A DNA stretch of 64,000 nt from Phoronis australis (lineage: Eukaryota; Animalia; Phoronida). The notes beneath the pieces are model-generated. The model was not told the DNA's origin, did no database searches, and saw only the letters and a program-made list of their open reading frames with translations. The stretch spans positions 165,594 through 229,593 of the forward strand of contig NMRA01000462.1 of NCBI GenBank assembly GCA_002633005.1, in the 5' to 3' direction. The position numbers and the translations under genes were made by a program. This document shows positions 1 to 11,303 of this stretch, in pieces. Position 1 is the stretch's first letter. The number at the start of each line of letters is the position of its first letter.

Positions 1-569
1 CGATACTATACTACCCGTTTCATGAATAGATAGTTCCCGAAGACTAATCTTCAATGACAGGTACTTGAATGTAGTGCGCGCTTCCTGGCCATGTGCCAAA
101 GGTCAAGTTTTTATTAGTCTTCAATTGGCGGTTTTCATTTCGTACAAAGAAATTGGGATTCATCCTGTTGAGGAAGAAGATCTGTACTGGAAAGATACAA
201 TACAATCCCTTTGACAAGTATGCTGCGTCTGTTCTGAAAGGCCAGACCATAATAGGACACGTCCCTCGCAAGATTAGCAAAACTTTTGCGTTCTTTTTGA
301 AGCACGGTTGATGTTTGAAGTGTATAGTCAGCGCTAAATATCGACATAGCGGCAAGGCTCATGGTCTACAAATTCCACGCACCATGATTTTTTCAGGACC
401 GTCAGATTTTACTGATAAATTGAAGATGTTACTGTAGAATTTTCGAACTGTAGGTAAGGCATTTTCCGCATGTACACGGCGTTCATGGACTGGGCACTTA
501 TTTTAGCAGTCTGAAAACGCATGGGGGGTGCTTATAGGGGCATGGATGCTTATTAGGGTGAATATGTTA
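1..569 (+). mobile_element. Truncated DNA transposon end carrying a degenerate HIRAN-like ORF, probably inside an allantoicase intron
   Basis: Translation ...YNPFDKYAASVLKGQTIIGHVPRKISKTFAFFLKHG*CLKCIVSAKYRHSGKAHGLQIPRTMIFSG has an in-frame stop at 309-311 and resembles HIRAN (N-x-x-D-x-x-A...GHVP motif). The segment ends in a TIR-like sequence gcttataggggcatggatgcttattagggtgaatatg. Confidence 0.5.
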
Positions 570-1209
570 TTTATTGCTGTGTGATTCTAAAAAATGGGGA
601 AATACATATCTATGTCACTGAAAACTTGTTGTATTTGTTGATCGCTCATACAATATTATAGATATTTTCAAATTCAGACTTATCTCCTACATTTTCCTTT
701 CTCTACATATGATTTCTGCTGTCATTTTCAGGAAATTGGAAAAGCACATGCCAGCCATTAACCCACTTTTTGCAGCATACTTTGCATACAGTTTTGAAAA
801 TGTCAATAATTCATGTCAATCCCTTAAAAGGATACCAAACCCAGTCTTGGCCTATTAACAGATACTAAAAACTATTTTCCCATCCAGTTCTCTGAAACCA
901 AATAATGCTCAAACGTTTGGAGGAAAAATTTTAAACTCCTTTCAAAGTCTACTAATCGGAAAAGCGTGACCTATGCTTTTAGCGAGACACACGGCAACTG
1001 TGGAAAAAGGCCACCCACGAAGGACCCTAACGTCCAATCTGTGACATTGGAAGAATGAGTTTTTAGTCAATTCCTGCCTTTAACTTGAAAGATTGACGCC
1101 AATGATGCATTAGCTAGTGATAGGACGAGGATTGGTGGAAATCATCAAAACAGGGTTTATTATCCCAATTAGCAACAAACATCTTGAAAATCACAGTCTC
1201 TGTTTCCAG

Positions 1210-1448
1210 CTTGCTTCATCACAGAAGGTGATGATGAGAGCGTGCTTAAAGATTTCAACAACCCGGCATGGAAACAGCTGCTTCCTGCACAGAAGCTTAA
1301 AGGTCACACCCGCCATTATTACAGTGCTGAGGTTAGACGGATAGGAGTTGTCTCCCATGTCCGTCTTGTCATGGCACCAGATGGTGGTATCAGCAGGATG
1401 CGTTTGTGGGGCTACAAAAGTGGACGAGTGCCATCACCTAAAATATAA
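1210..1448 (+). CDS. ALLC: Allantoicase, terminal coding exon; upstream exons not found in window
   Basis: Acceptor tgtttccag at 1209. The exon reads (x)CFITEGDDESVLKDFNNPAWKQLLPAQKLKGHTRHYY...VSHVRLVMAPDGGISRMRLWG...*, with the allantoicase-repeat signature W..LLP..KL....RH and HVRL...PDGG.SR.RLWG. Confidence 0.88.
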
Positions 1449-3406
1449 CTTTTTAAAATGATGACTCGTGTAAAGTGGGATGAACTTCTCCTGTGTCTCT
1501 ACACGTCTATAGGGGGATAACTCCAGACTTATGTGAAAAATGACTAATGTTTTCCACAGTATGTAGGCCTATTTGAAGGTAAAAAGGTATTTTTCATAAC
1601 ATTGAATGTTTTCTCGTGTGCCACCCATTTAGTGGAAGTACTCCGATATTCAACCAGGCAGCAACTTTCGCATCATTGACTGGTTACCTCAGCTTTGTGA
1701 AAGGTTATTTTATTTACAAATACCCAAAATGTGCCATTCACCAGGCTCTAAATAGTGTTCACTCTACCTCAAGCCAATGACTATCATATCATGATTTGGG
1801 CTGAGATACTGTTTTTGAACTTTTCATGTGAGATGCACCTGTTCTTTTATGAGCTTAAAGAGTCGTATGTTTAGAACATCAAACATTGTCATATTGTATT
1901 AACCAATTAATGTCTTAGTTTTTATGAACGGAACTGGTGTATCTGATAATGAAACGTCGCCAATTATGAGCTCTGTAGAATGTGATTTTCTGTCAGATTT
2001 GCAGGAAATATTTTTCTGCGATTTTGTATAGACAATGTGTGTTCAGCCACGTCTGATTTGTGTTACGTGTAAAATTGTTATCCAATGGTTTGTGGTTAGC
2101 AGTCTTGGGTTTTTAAGTGTTTATACTAGAGTAGACTATTATTTGACTTATGAATCATGGTGATGGTTAGAGTGAGCATTTATAGTGTCGCTACCTGTCA
2201 CTCGGTTGAGGCAAAAATTAATGAATGAAATTCTCATAGACTTTATATACATATATATACATTTATATTATTATATTTGCTCTTGAAGTTTTGTTAAAAA
2301 TCCGACTAGATTTATTATGTGCAGTCTTAGGCTCAATGGTGTCCTTGTGATCTGGGTTTTAGCTACGGAATGGACAACAATGAAATACAAAGTAAATATT
2401 AATGTATGAATTCCAGGTCTGCGTTTGCTCGTTATCAACTGAAGGACGTACTAGCTAAATTAAGATTGTAAGCATTGTTGGATTTTTAACCAAACATGTT
2501 TGAATGAGAAAGTGCTAACAAAATTAAAAAGTTTGTGCATTTCTGTTATCTTCAGCTTTTGCAATTGCACTTTTGAAATACATAATTATGTTTACTATAA
2601 GTATGTACTATTTAGAAATTACTTGATTTTGTTATACAGGTTCCTGTTTTGACAAGGGACTTTCAGCCTTTCTTGGTGACGTTGTAAGTCTGGATTGACA
2701 CGTCAAACATTTAGCCACTAATCTGTATACAACTTTGAATCGAGACATCAGAAAATTCTCACATTTTCAGTTTTAATTTTTTTCAACAAATACATCAATT
2801 TCTAAATGACAAAATTGTCTTGGACAAAAGCAGGTTATGGCTTTTCTAGAGACACTGATTAAATTTTCTCCCATTATTGTTAGAAAATGCAAGGACATGC
2901 AGGTTTCAGGACTTTTGTACCCGCATCTAACGTGAGTCTCATAGTTCTATTCGATATGTCACATACAAAAAATTCGGTTCAGTTTGAATTTTAACCTTCA
3001 CACGCCTGAAACTCCAGTCCAGCAAATTTTACTCTCATATGAAAGCGTGCAAAATGTGGAAAAATCCAGTGTCCTGCAGAACATGAAAGCCATAAAGTGC
3101 ATGACTACTGTATTCTACACATTACGTTTTAGGACACAAGTATTATCGACTTTATTTTTCTTGCTAGTATGTTCTTGGGACAACGATTGTATACACTGGC
3201 ACCTGCTGCCAACAGGAACTCGACACTCACTAGGTGTCGCAAGTGAAGCCAGGGACCTTACCAAAGAAATGCCTTCATTCAGACAAATCATGTGGGTCCA
3301 TTATCACACAAACTCTGCCATAGTGATGAACTGCTTTCTGCTCTCAGCAGCGCCACCTGGTAAATATCGTATGAAGTCATTGAAGAGAAAGAAACATTTA
3401 CTTATA

Positions 3407-3482
3407 GGGTTCCTGCATTTAAAGAACCAGATTTATCCACTGAATAACGGATATCAAACTGGTTCTCAAAATCTGGGACCCC
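3407..3482. repeat. ~75-bp hairpin mini-repeat; further copies near 8991-9068 and 11797-11863
   Basis: Shared sequence gggttc..gcattt..agaaccag...ccactgaataa.gg..atcaaactggttctcaaaat..ggga.ccc with inverted termini. Confidence 0.55.
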
Positions 3483-5024
3483 AACAGTGAAATGGTGACA
3501 ATTGTTGATTTACATTAAATTAATTTCTAACCTTTGGCTTGGTACTTTCTTACTTCGTCACAGTTCCTTGAACCTAGTTGAGATTTTGATGGGTTTGTTT
3601 TCACAAAAAGTATTGAACTCTCCTAAAGAAATGGTATTAAATGGTAAAAGATAGATGTATAAACAATTTTTTTTCAATTTAAAATTTATTATACAACAGC
3701 AAGATTAAGATAGGATGATCCAAGAAATAACCACATTCAGACATTTACAACTACCAACACCTAGAATTACACAAGCATAACTTTTATGGCACATTTTTCT
3801 GTTAAACCTAAGCTACTAATTTGATAAACATACAGTCTTCAAATACAATGCATAATAATTGTGAACCAAAGCTATGTTTCATATATGTTATACGTCGACC
3901 AATGCTGCCATTCTGCCTCGTATTGCAGCTAGCGTTGGGCCAACAGTCTAGATATTGAAATTTCATGAAACGGAGCTCTGACCTTCATATCAAAACACCA
4001 ATTAAAGCTTCTACAACCCGCCTTCTGTCAAAAGAATGTTAACTTTTAACTTAGGCCACATGCCATTGTAAGACTGGTATTGACTTGTTCCTTACTTTAG
4101 ATTAAAGGTGATTTCTGGGCTTTACTAAAACTGGTTGCTTGTTTTTAATGGTGACCAGGCTCAATAACTCTGTTAGTTAGTCTAGAGTGGGTTCAGTTTT
4201 TGTGTCAAGCCTGTTCTGCAGCCTACAGTACCCACCACAAATACTCCTACCAAATGAACAGGAATTCCCCACCATAACCACTGAACACAAACAGCCAGTC
4301 ATTACCATTGAGAACATTATTATAATTCACCATGAGATTAGCTAGAATGACAAGATCACGATGCAAAACTGTATTTGGTGAGTACTGTAAAAATCACTTC
4401 TCACATATGTATGCATGGAACAAGCTGAGACCAGTTTAATAGCAGAGAGTGGTCTGAGTGGAAAATCTAATTTGATGACAAAAGCTGGGTTTATAGCAGT
4501 TTTAAGACAGAAATATGTAAAAACACAAAGTCTATATTGTTGATGATAAAAATGGCAAGGTGAACAATGGACTAGAATAAAAATTACTAAATAAGCCAAT
4601 TTTTGAACTAATTTGTAACTAGCAAGCTTGTGTCATGGCACAGTAATTCGATGAGAAACTCTGTAACGTTGTTTTGTGCAGTCGGTTTTCATAAGTTGTC
4701 ATAATAGAAAACATGAGGTGGTTGATTAACACACAAATTTGTTCCGTACGCTCTACATTTTGAAAATGTATTTGAAGTTGTTTTCATTATATCTAATGGA
4801 AACTTTGCGTTAGTGCCACTATACCTTCAGTTGATTTGCATCCCATAGTACTGTATACAAGTGATAGATCCATCCATAGAACTCTCCTCTTTCATGGGCA
4901 AAATACATTGCAGGACTGACCTACTTATCAAAATGTCAGACACACTCAGCACCGATATTTGACCTTTCAGCCAACTTCATAGCAGATTGCGTTATTTTTT
5001 GCCTAATACAGCACATCATATAAC

Positions 5025-6274
5025 TCAACAACAGAATACCTTCAATAAACCTTCGTAGACCTCAACATCATGTGACGAAACAGTTTCCTGATCCGGTATT
5101 GGCGTATATTCACCGTCAATGTTAAGAACTCGATCCAGAGTTGTCAGCTCGTACCCCTCCTCCGTGAGAACTCGCACAGTGAATTGCTGCACATTTGGAA
5201 TGATTTTGATGTTCTCAGTACTAGCTGTTTCATCAAGATTATACATAAGACTGAAGTTCTTGACCATGTTCAGTCTATTAAATGTTCCATTCAGCGTTAA
5301 TATAATCACATTCCCAGAGTTCTCTGATGGCATCATGATGTAATTAACGAAGCGTCCTCGGTAAACTTTCCAAACGTCATCTTCTTGGTCAGTCGTACTC
5401 ATTGCCACATCCATGGGATCTGTTGCAGTGGTTACGTCTACGGCATTGACAGTCTCTCCGTCATGTACCCCTGCAGAAGTCGAGCCGTCCTGAATACCTT
5501 GCGATGTGATGGCGGAACTACTGCCATCAAAAGTTGCTGTGGAACTAGCTATGTTCGAGTTAGTAACATTCTGTGTCGCTGTAGCACTGGTGTAGTCGCT
5601 CGTTGCCCTAGTCGTAGTCGTGACGCTTGTCATCGTGGTGCCGTCCGCAGCACTTGTGTCTATCGCCGAGGTTGTGACCTCTGATGAAGCACCTTCAGAT
5701 GTAAGCATGCTACTTGCCTCTTCTGACGAGCCAGTGGTTTCCGTGGTAACCATGGAAGTCTTGGTCACAGTAGTCACTGCAGTGGCTGAAGTAGCAGTTG
5801 TCTCGGTCGGCGTTGTATACGATGGTGACAGCGTATACCCACTTTCATTTGTGATGCCAAGCGGCCTTGCACTCACATCAGGGGTGGATACATCTGAGTC
5901 TGGAATCTCTCTGTAAGTCACACTTTTCTTAGTCTTCGTCACAGCATCAGGGGGTGCCACTACATCCGTATCAGGTGCATCCTTAGACTTAACACGCACT
6001 CTAATCTCTGCGGGATATGAGCGTATCCCACCGAATGCCTTCAGCATGCAATATAGGTAACGAATGCGGCCCATTTGTCTGTTGTTCTCGGCATAGTAAA
6101 TTGCATCAGAGATCAACCCCTGAGCGACCAACAACATGGAGTAGCCAAGGAACGTCTCCCCTTGGTTGACAGTTGCAAGGTTCCAGGGTCCCTGGTTGCC
6201 AAGTATGATGTAAAGGGCTGCACTAGTGACATCTTTAGTATTGTAGAACCCAAGCGGAAGACCGTTTCCAGTGC
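5025..6274 (-). CDS. Ceramide kinase-like (DAGK/SPHK/CERK family), coding exon 3 of 3
   Basis: Acceptor cttgtag at 6276-6275; phase 1 gives GAG|TGNG. Contains LISDAI, GRIRY, WKVYRGRF and NIDGE motifs and ends KVFCC*. Includes a ~200-aa Ser/Thr-rich insert. Confidence 0.88.
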
Positions 6275-6809
6275 CTACAAGCATTGAAGAACAAGATCTC
6301 AATGCAGAGTGGATCACACAGGTTATAGTATTAAACTAATTCTAGATTTATTCCCATCATAAAAAGCATGACTTTCTATCAGGCCAAAAAGCATAATTCT
6401 GGTCTGTTTTTTTTTCAAAATCAAGTCGGTGGAATGATATTTTCTTAGTTGCTCACTTTTTCAACAAAGAAGATCCATCAGAGACTAGACTGATTTTTAG
6501 TCTTGCAAAGAACTGACAGCTCCTTTTTGCTCAAGACCATGCTCGGCAAATAAGCTGACACGCTGTGACAAGACAAAATGTAGAGTCTTGTATTAAGCAA
6601 TAAACAATTGCCCATTCTTGTCAAGCCCAGACATCACACACATTTTGCCCAAAGAACAATTTGACACCTATTTCATAATGATAAGTTGTCCAAATCAAGT
6701 TGTTTTGACGGAAGGCAGGTTTATAAAAGCTTAACTATCTTTGCCATGTTTTCCATGACTGGCAACCATGAGTACTAGCTACACAGTTCTTAAGACATTT
6801 TCCGCTCAC

Positions 6810-7080
6810 CTGCGCCAATCATTCCTAAGGGTACCTGCATCGCTGGAAGTGGTTCAGGAGGGTATGACACTGCCCAATTAGTCACACGCTTGGTATATTC
6901 CAGAACCCCCGCAACACACTCGTTGAATGTCCCATCACCGCCGACGGCAACGACACCGTCAACATTAGAGAGGTCATGGGATTTCAGGAATTCTGTCGCG
7001 TGCTTAGGTTGCTCCGTGACCATGACCTCAGTCTTTATGCCGACCAGGGCGAAGAGCGGCGCCACCTTCCTGCCGTATAC
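6810..7080 (-). CDS. Ceramide kinase-like, coding exon 2 of 3
   Basis: Acceptor cccatag and donor G|gtgagc. Reads VYGRKVAPLFALVGIKTEVMVTEQPKHA...DGVVAVGGDGTFNECVAG...LGMIGA, matching CERK IYERKVAPLF and the GGDG ATP-binding motif. Confidence 0.9.
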
Positions 7081-7839
7081 CTATGGGAGTTAGTGGATGA
7101 TGGATTAGAAAAACTGTTTAACAAGGCCGCATCCATTGTCCAAATCAAATTAAAATGTATCTGAGTCTTATCAAAAATACAGACAGGTTCCATGAAATTG
7201 GTCACATCAAAACAGTACAGTTCCAATGGTAAGAGAATACAGGATATAAAAGAATGAAGCAAACGGGCTGTATGGAGTCACATGAAGTTTCTACTGTTGT
7301 TAAAGCAAATAAATTTTGCTACTAAAATTGACCTTTCCTTGCAGTAAAATCCAATTTTGGGAAAACGTATCGCTGAATTTGATGGTGTTCACATTTCAAG
7401 ACTTTTAACATGTGCATCACAAATTTCTCAAAAATAAAAACATTCAGATTTAGTTGAATGACTTTGCATGTGTACCTTCGGATAGTTAAATGCATTTTTA
7501 CAGCCTCTGAGCACCATACCATGTTCTGTAGTGGCAGTCTTCATCAGGATGTTGATCTTTGCTAAAGGTTCAACGTTCAATTGTACAGAGACTGGGGAAA
7601 GTCATGCATCAAACTACTAAAACATTGCCAATGCAATATCATTTAACCAAATCTTGTCTATAAGAATGAGTGCAACCAGTACAGACCAATGTGGAAAAGT
7701 AATATGCGTATTCTGTAGTTACATTACCAAGAGCAGAACATGGAAATGGTAGAGAATCAATTTTGGTGAAATTAGGTTTTTGTGGAAAAAAGAATTAATT
7801 TGTGGATTTGTGAGACCAGCTACCTAATCATAAGGCTCT

Positions 7840-8350
7840 GAAACAAACTTATGGACAAGTTGGTGCATTCAGCCAAATATCCACAAAAAATAGAATTTAA
7901 CACAAAAAGTGAACATTTTTGAAAGCACTGACAGTGTGACTGTGCTATTTGATTTTTGAATCAATACAAATCTGCTACTGATTGGGTCACATGACCATGT
8001 TTTTAGAAAAATTTAGCTAAAAAGAAAGTTGCAATCAAAGCAAAACAACGGTATCAATAACACAGCCAAATTTCTTTTGATATAAATGTTCAAGATGAAA
8101 TCTCAAAGTTGACAGTTACACTTTTTTCAGTATCATTCAATTTTTGTTGCACGCAGCTCTTTCCAAAAAATCATAAAAGTCTTATTTCTTGATTGTCCCA
8201 CATGCAAAAGTGGAGCATTCTAAAAACAATTGCTAACGGCCTATTAGAGAACAGTAATAGCTAAAAGTCTCACATATGACTCTCATCAGTCATTTCTCAT
8301 TTCTGAGACACGAAGTTCCAAAGTTTGGCAAGTTTAAACATTTTGCTAAG
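7840..8350. repeat. Dispersed repeat in kinase intron 1; related copy at ~41240-41740
   Basis: Shared blocks such as ggtcac(a/g)tgaccatgt..tttag.aaaa and ttctgaga.a.ga.gttcc.aagtttg. Confidence 0.55.
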
Positions 8351-8370
8351 GTCTGACATAACCTTAATAC

Positions 8371-8742
8371 CTCCACTGCCTTCCTAGCGCCACTCTCTGG
8401 GTTAATAATCACTACCAAGTTCCGCGGTCTTGCCAGACGGTTCAATGCAGAGCGCACGTTCTTCACCATGGCTTCCTGACTGGCCCTGTCCTCGCAATCC
8501 AAGGCAGTTTTCGAAACGGACAGCTTCCTCTTTTTGCGCCGTATGTGATAGACTACCAAGCATGAGTCATCATTATCCGCCTCCAACACTGCAATAATGT
8601 CGGATAACTCCAAAGTTCCCTCACAATCTTTCTTCTTACCCACAGGTGTCCATTTTAAGCGATTACCTTCAAAGGTCAAGGTGCCAGCAAGGTTGACTAC
8701 GTGGCCAACACCCTCGACAGTCTTCAACTTGGGCCCACACAT
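8371..8742 (-). CDS. Ceramide kinase-like, coding exon 1 of 3 (PH-like domain plus C1 motif); shares its exon with the BORCS7 terminal coding segment
   Basis: ATG at 8742 in context GAA ATG T. Reads MCGPKLKTVEG...LELSDIIAVLE...RPRNLVVIINPESGARKAVE, then donor gtatta. Phase 0 joins in frame to exon 2. Spliced ORF is 1893 nt, 630 aa. Confidence 0.85.
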
Positions 8743-8765
8743 TTCAATACAAGTCACGTGAAATT

Positions 8766-8829
8766 TCAATGCTTGGGATGATGAAGGATGTAGACTAGCT
8801 GGTTGTTAATTTCTGGAAGTTGTTCAACG
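8766..8829 (-). CDS. BORCS7: BORCS7 coding exon 5 of 5
   Basis: Acceptor ttttgttacag; phase 2 gives S-VEQLPEINNQLVYILHHPKH*, matching the BORCS7 C-terminus (human NVEQSSDLQDQLNHLLK). Confidence 0.85.
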
Positions 8830-10352
8830 CTGTAACAAAACACAACAAACAAAAGCGGTCACCGGATTCTTACTACTATCCCTAAAACACTTACAACACA
8901 CCAAATGAACACTAACCAACTGTCGTCACACCCAGAACCTGATCACGAAAGCACACTGACTATGACCAATTTTCGGTAACATTCTTTTACAGGGTTCTTG
9001 CATTTTGAGCACCAGTTTTCTCCACTGAATAATGGGCATCAAACTGGTTCTCAAAATCCGGGATCCCTGAAACTGACTACTGCACTATTACCAGCACAAG
9101 TATCCGAAGTAATAATTTTACAATTTTCTCGCATGACTAAGTTGCACTAAGAAAAATGATACCTTACAAAGAGGAGGACCCCGTCCCAAAACATTTGTTA
9201 CAAAGACTGTTGTTACTTTACATCATGGTTAGGACTTATCAGTAAAATACACGTCGTGTAAGCGAGCATGTGAGAGAGTGAGTGAGATGACTTTAAAATG
9301 AAATGTACTCGTTCAAATTAATAATTAGTAAAAAAACCCAAAGTGCATGACTTGTGTTTCGTGGAAAAGCTCCGCTCCAGTGATAAGGATCGACTACACC
9401 TGTTAAAGCACGACTTAATGAGTTCTGCACAATCACCCAAGGAAAGAGCAATCCAAAGATTCTCAACATTCATCACAGTACAGAGGCATGGAACGCAAAA
9501 GCTCATCAAAAATATCCGTTCAACAGATCCTAACATAAGCACCATCGCGCAACATCTACTACAGTCATTCACTTTCCCTTATGAGGGAATTTCAAGAAAA
9601 AATCACAAAATTCCCGATTTTTGAAATACGCGTGATCATGGAAAAACTCTGTGGTCACCACAGTTTCTAATAAACCTCCCACCTATGATAAATGTCTGCT
9701 AGCACTCACAGTAAATCTACAAACAGCTGACTGACAAGATGGATATTAACGGCAGATTATCATGTGTGATCACACTCCAAATCTGAGATTGACAGCACAT
9801 ATTGAGGCAAGCTAATGAAACGAGCGACTTTCTAAAAAGAATTTCGAGAGCATTTTAGAATATATTTGACTACTACAATACCTTTATAACTTAAACAGTT
9901 AGGATTTACATAAATTGCCTCTTAACCGAACTGTTTTGTTTACATCAAATGTCAAAAGTCACATTTTCCGCATTAGGGAGATGTGCTTTGCCTTGTAGGA
10001 GAAAAATCGACGAAGTGACGAGCAGCAGACATATTGTTTTTTGAAATTTGAAACTAAAAATTGACACTGACAGAAGTTCAAAATCTTTATGAACAAACCA
10101 CAAAAATACCTGGTGAGAGGGTTTAATTCTATTTCAGTGGCAAACAACCAGTTTGAATAATGCAATTTAATCTGCGTTTTGCGTTCCAGGCCTCTTTAAC
10201 ATTGCTAGTCATTAGTAACATATAAAACGTCCAGTTTTAACTTATTCTGACATACACAGGTCATACCCTATTTGTGTCAGTTGGTTTTCACGAGCACATC
10301 CTTTCCAATTCCATATTTCATAAACAAGAGCAACGCGGAGCGTTGAAATGCG

Positions 10353-10440
10353 CNCGCCGCCCGGACGGACGGACGGACGGACGGACGGACAGAGATGACG
10401 GCATAATGCGTCCACATATAAATATGTGGGCGCATAAAAA
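10353..10440 (-). mobile_element. End of a Helentron/HINE-like non-autonomous element with (GGAC)n microsatellite
   Basis: Reverse complement of the terminus at 45617: hairpin ATGCGCCCACATATTTATATGTGGACGCAT plus (GTCC)n. An N lies at 10354. Confidence 0.6.
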
Positions 10441-10640
10441 TGAGTTAACATGGCAGGTGCATGTAATGGAAGATCATAAAAACCTTACAAATTTTATCAT
10501 TTTGAATCACCCATAACATATTAACAAGGAACTGCCTGACAACAGAGAATGCCAAATATCTGAATCGGATTTTGTATAACACATTCAAAACAAGACACAC
10601 AAATTAATTGTACATTATAACGAATGGAATGAACACTAAC

Positions 10641-10661
10641 CTCTTTTGAATTGCTTGCGAC
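10641..10661 (-). CDS. BORCS7: BORCS7 coding exon 4 of 5 (21-nt microexon)
   Basis: gttttgcag|G TCG CAA GCA ATT CAA AAG AG|gttagt gives (Q)SQAIQK(S), matching human QQEAIQKN. Confidence 0.85.
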
Positions 10662-11259
10662 CTGCAAAACAAAAAATATTATGAAGAAAGACTTTTATGC
10701 ACAAGCCTGAAACGATTTCTCCCCCCCATCGCTGAAATGAAGACACAAGCCGTGTGCTTTGCCAGACCCCGTTTGACAATAGGACATTACTTATCAGTGG
10801 AAACCTGGCATTAATTAATTGGACAAGGTGTAATCAAAACACTGAAATAAAATAAAATTTCCAGGTTTCCTTTAATTCTACAAACTTCGCACTTGACTGA
10901 CTGAAAGTTCTTGCAAATATGATATTCAATAGCAGCATTCAGAACACTGACGGTCACATGGCACAGATGATCTCTGCTGCCACCTGGCGATGAGTGAAAG
11001 TACTTCTACATTACAGTGGGTGGTATAAGCTCATGCTTCACCGGCTATAGAGCAATAAGAATCAACGGCCCCAAATGAAAAGTCAACAAAAAACCATTGC
11101 TTAAAGAAAAAATATTAGGCCAGTAATAAACCTGGACCAGCCATTTTCAACCAGTCTGTATGGCTATGTCAATTGATCTATTGTATTTGGGCCTTCCCCC
11201 TAGCAGACTGGTTATCAATGTGGCAACTAACATGCCATTGAATCAACAAACTCACTTAC

Positions 11260-11303
11260 TGATAGTGGAGATGAGATGAAGCAAGGCCCATACGTTTCAT
11301 AGT
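11260..11303 (-). CDS. BORCS7: BORCS7 coding exon 3 of 5
   Basis: tttatttcag|TMKRMGLASSHLHY-CA|gtaagt, matching human SLRKMAIITTHLQYQ. Confidence 0.88.

Noticed and set aside
2984-3490. 168-aa plus-strand ORF
   Set aside because: Non-ATG start, no recognisable domain, lies between convergent 3' ends and terminates inside a mini-repeat.
5119-5916. Plus-strand ORFs opposite the kinase exon
   Set aside because: Antisense shadows of the low-complexity coding strand.
8290-8769. ORF-track start at TTG 8769 and extension to 8290
   Set aside because: The first ATG is at 8742 and the donor at 8370 ends the exon; the remainder runs into an intronic repeat.
9343-9624. 93-aa antisense ORF in BORCS7 intron 4
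   Set aside because: GTG start, no recognisable homology and no convincing splice sites.
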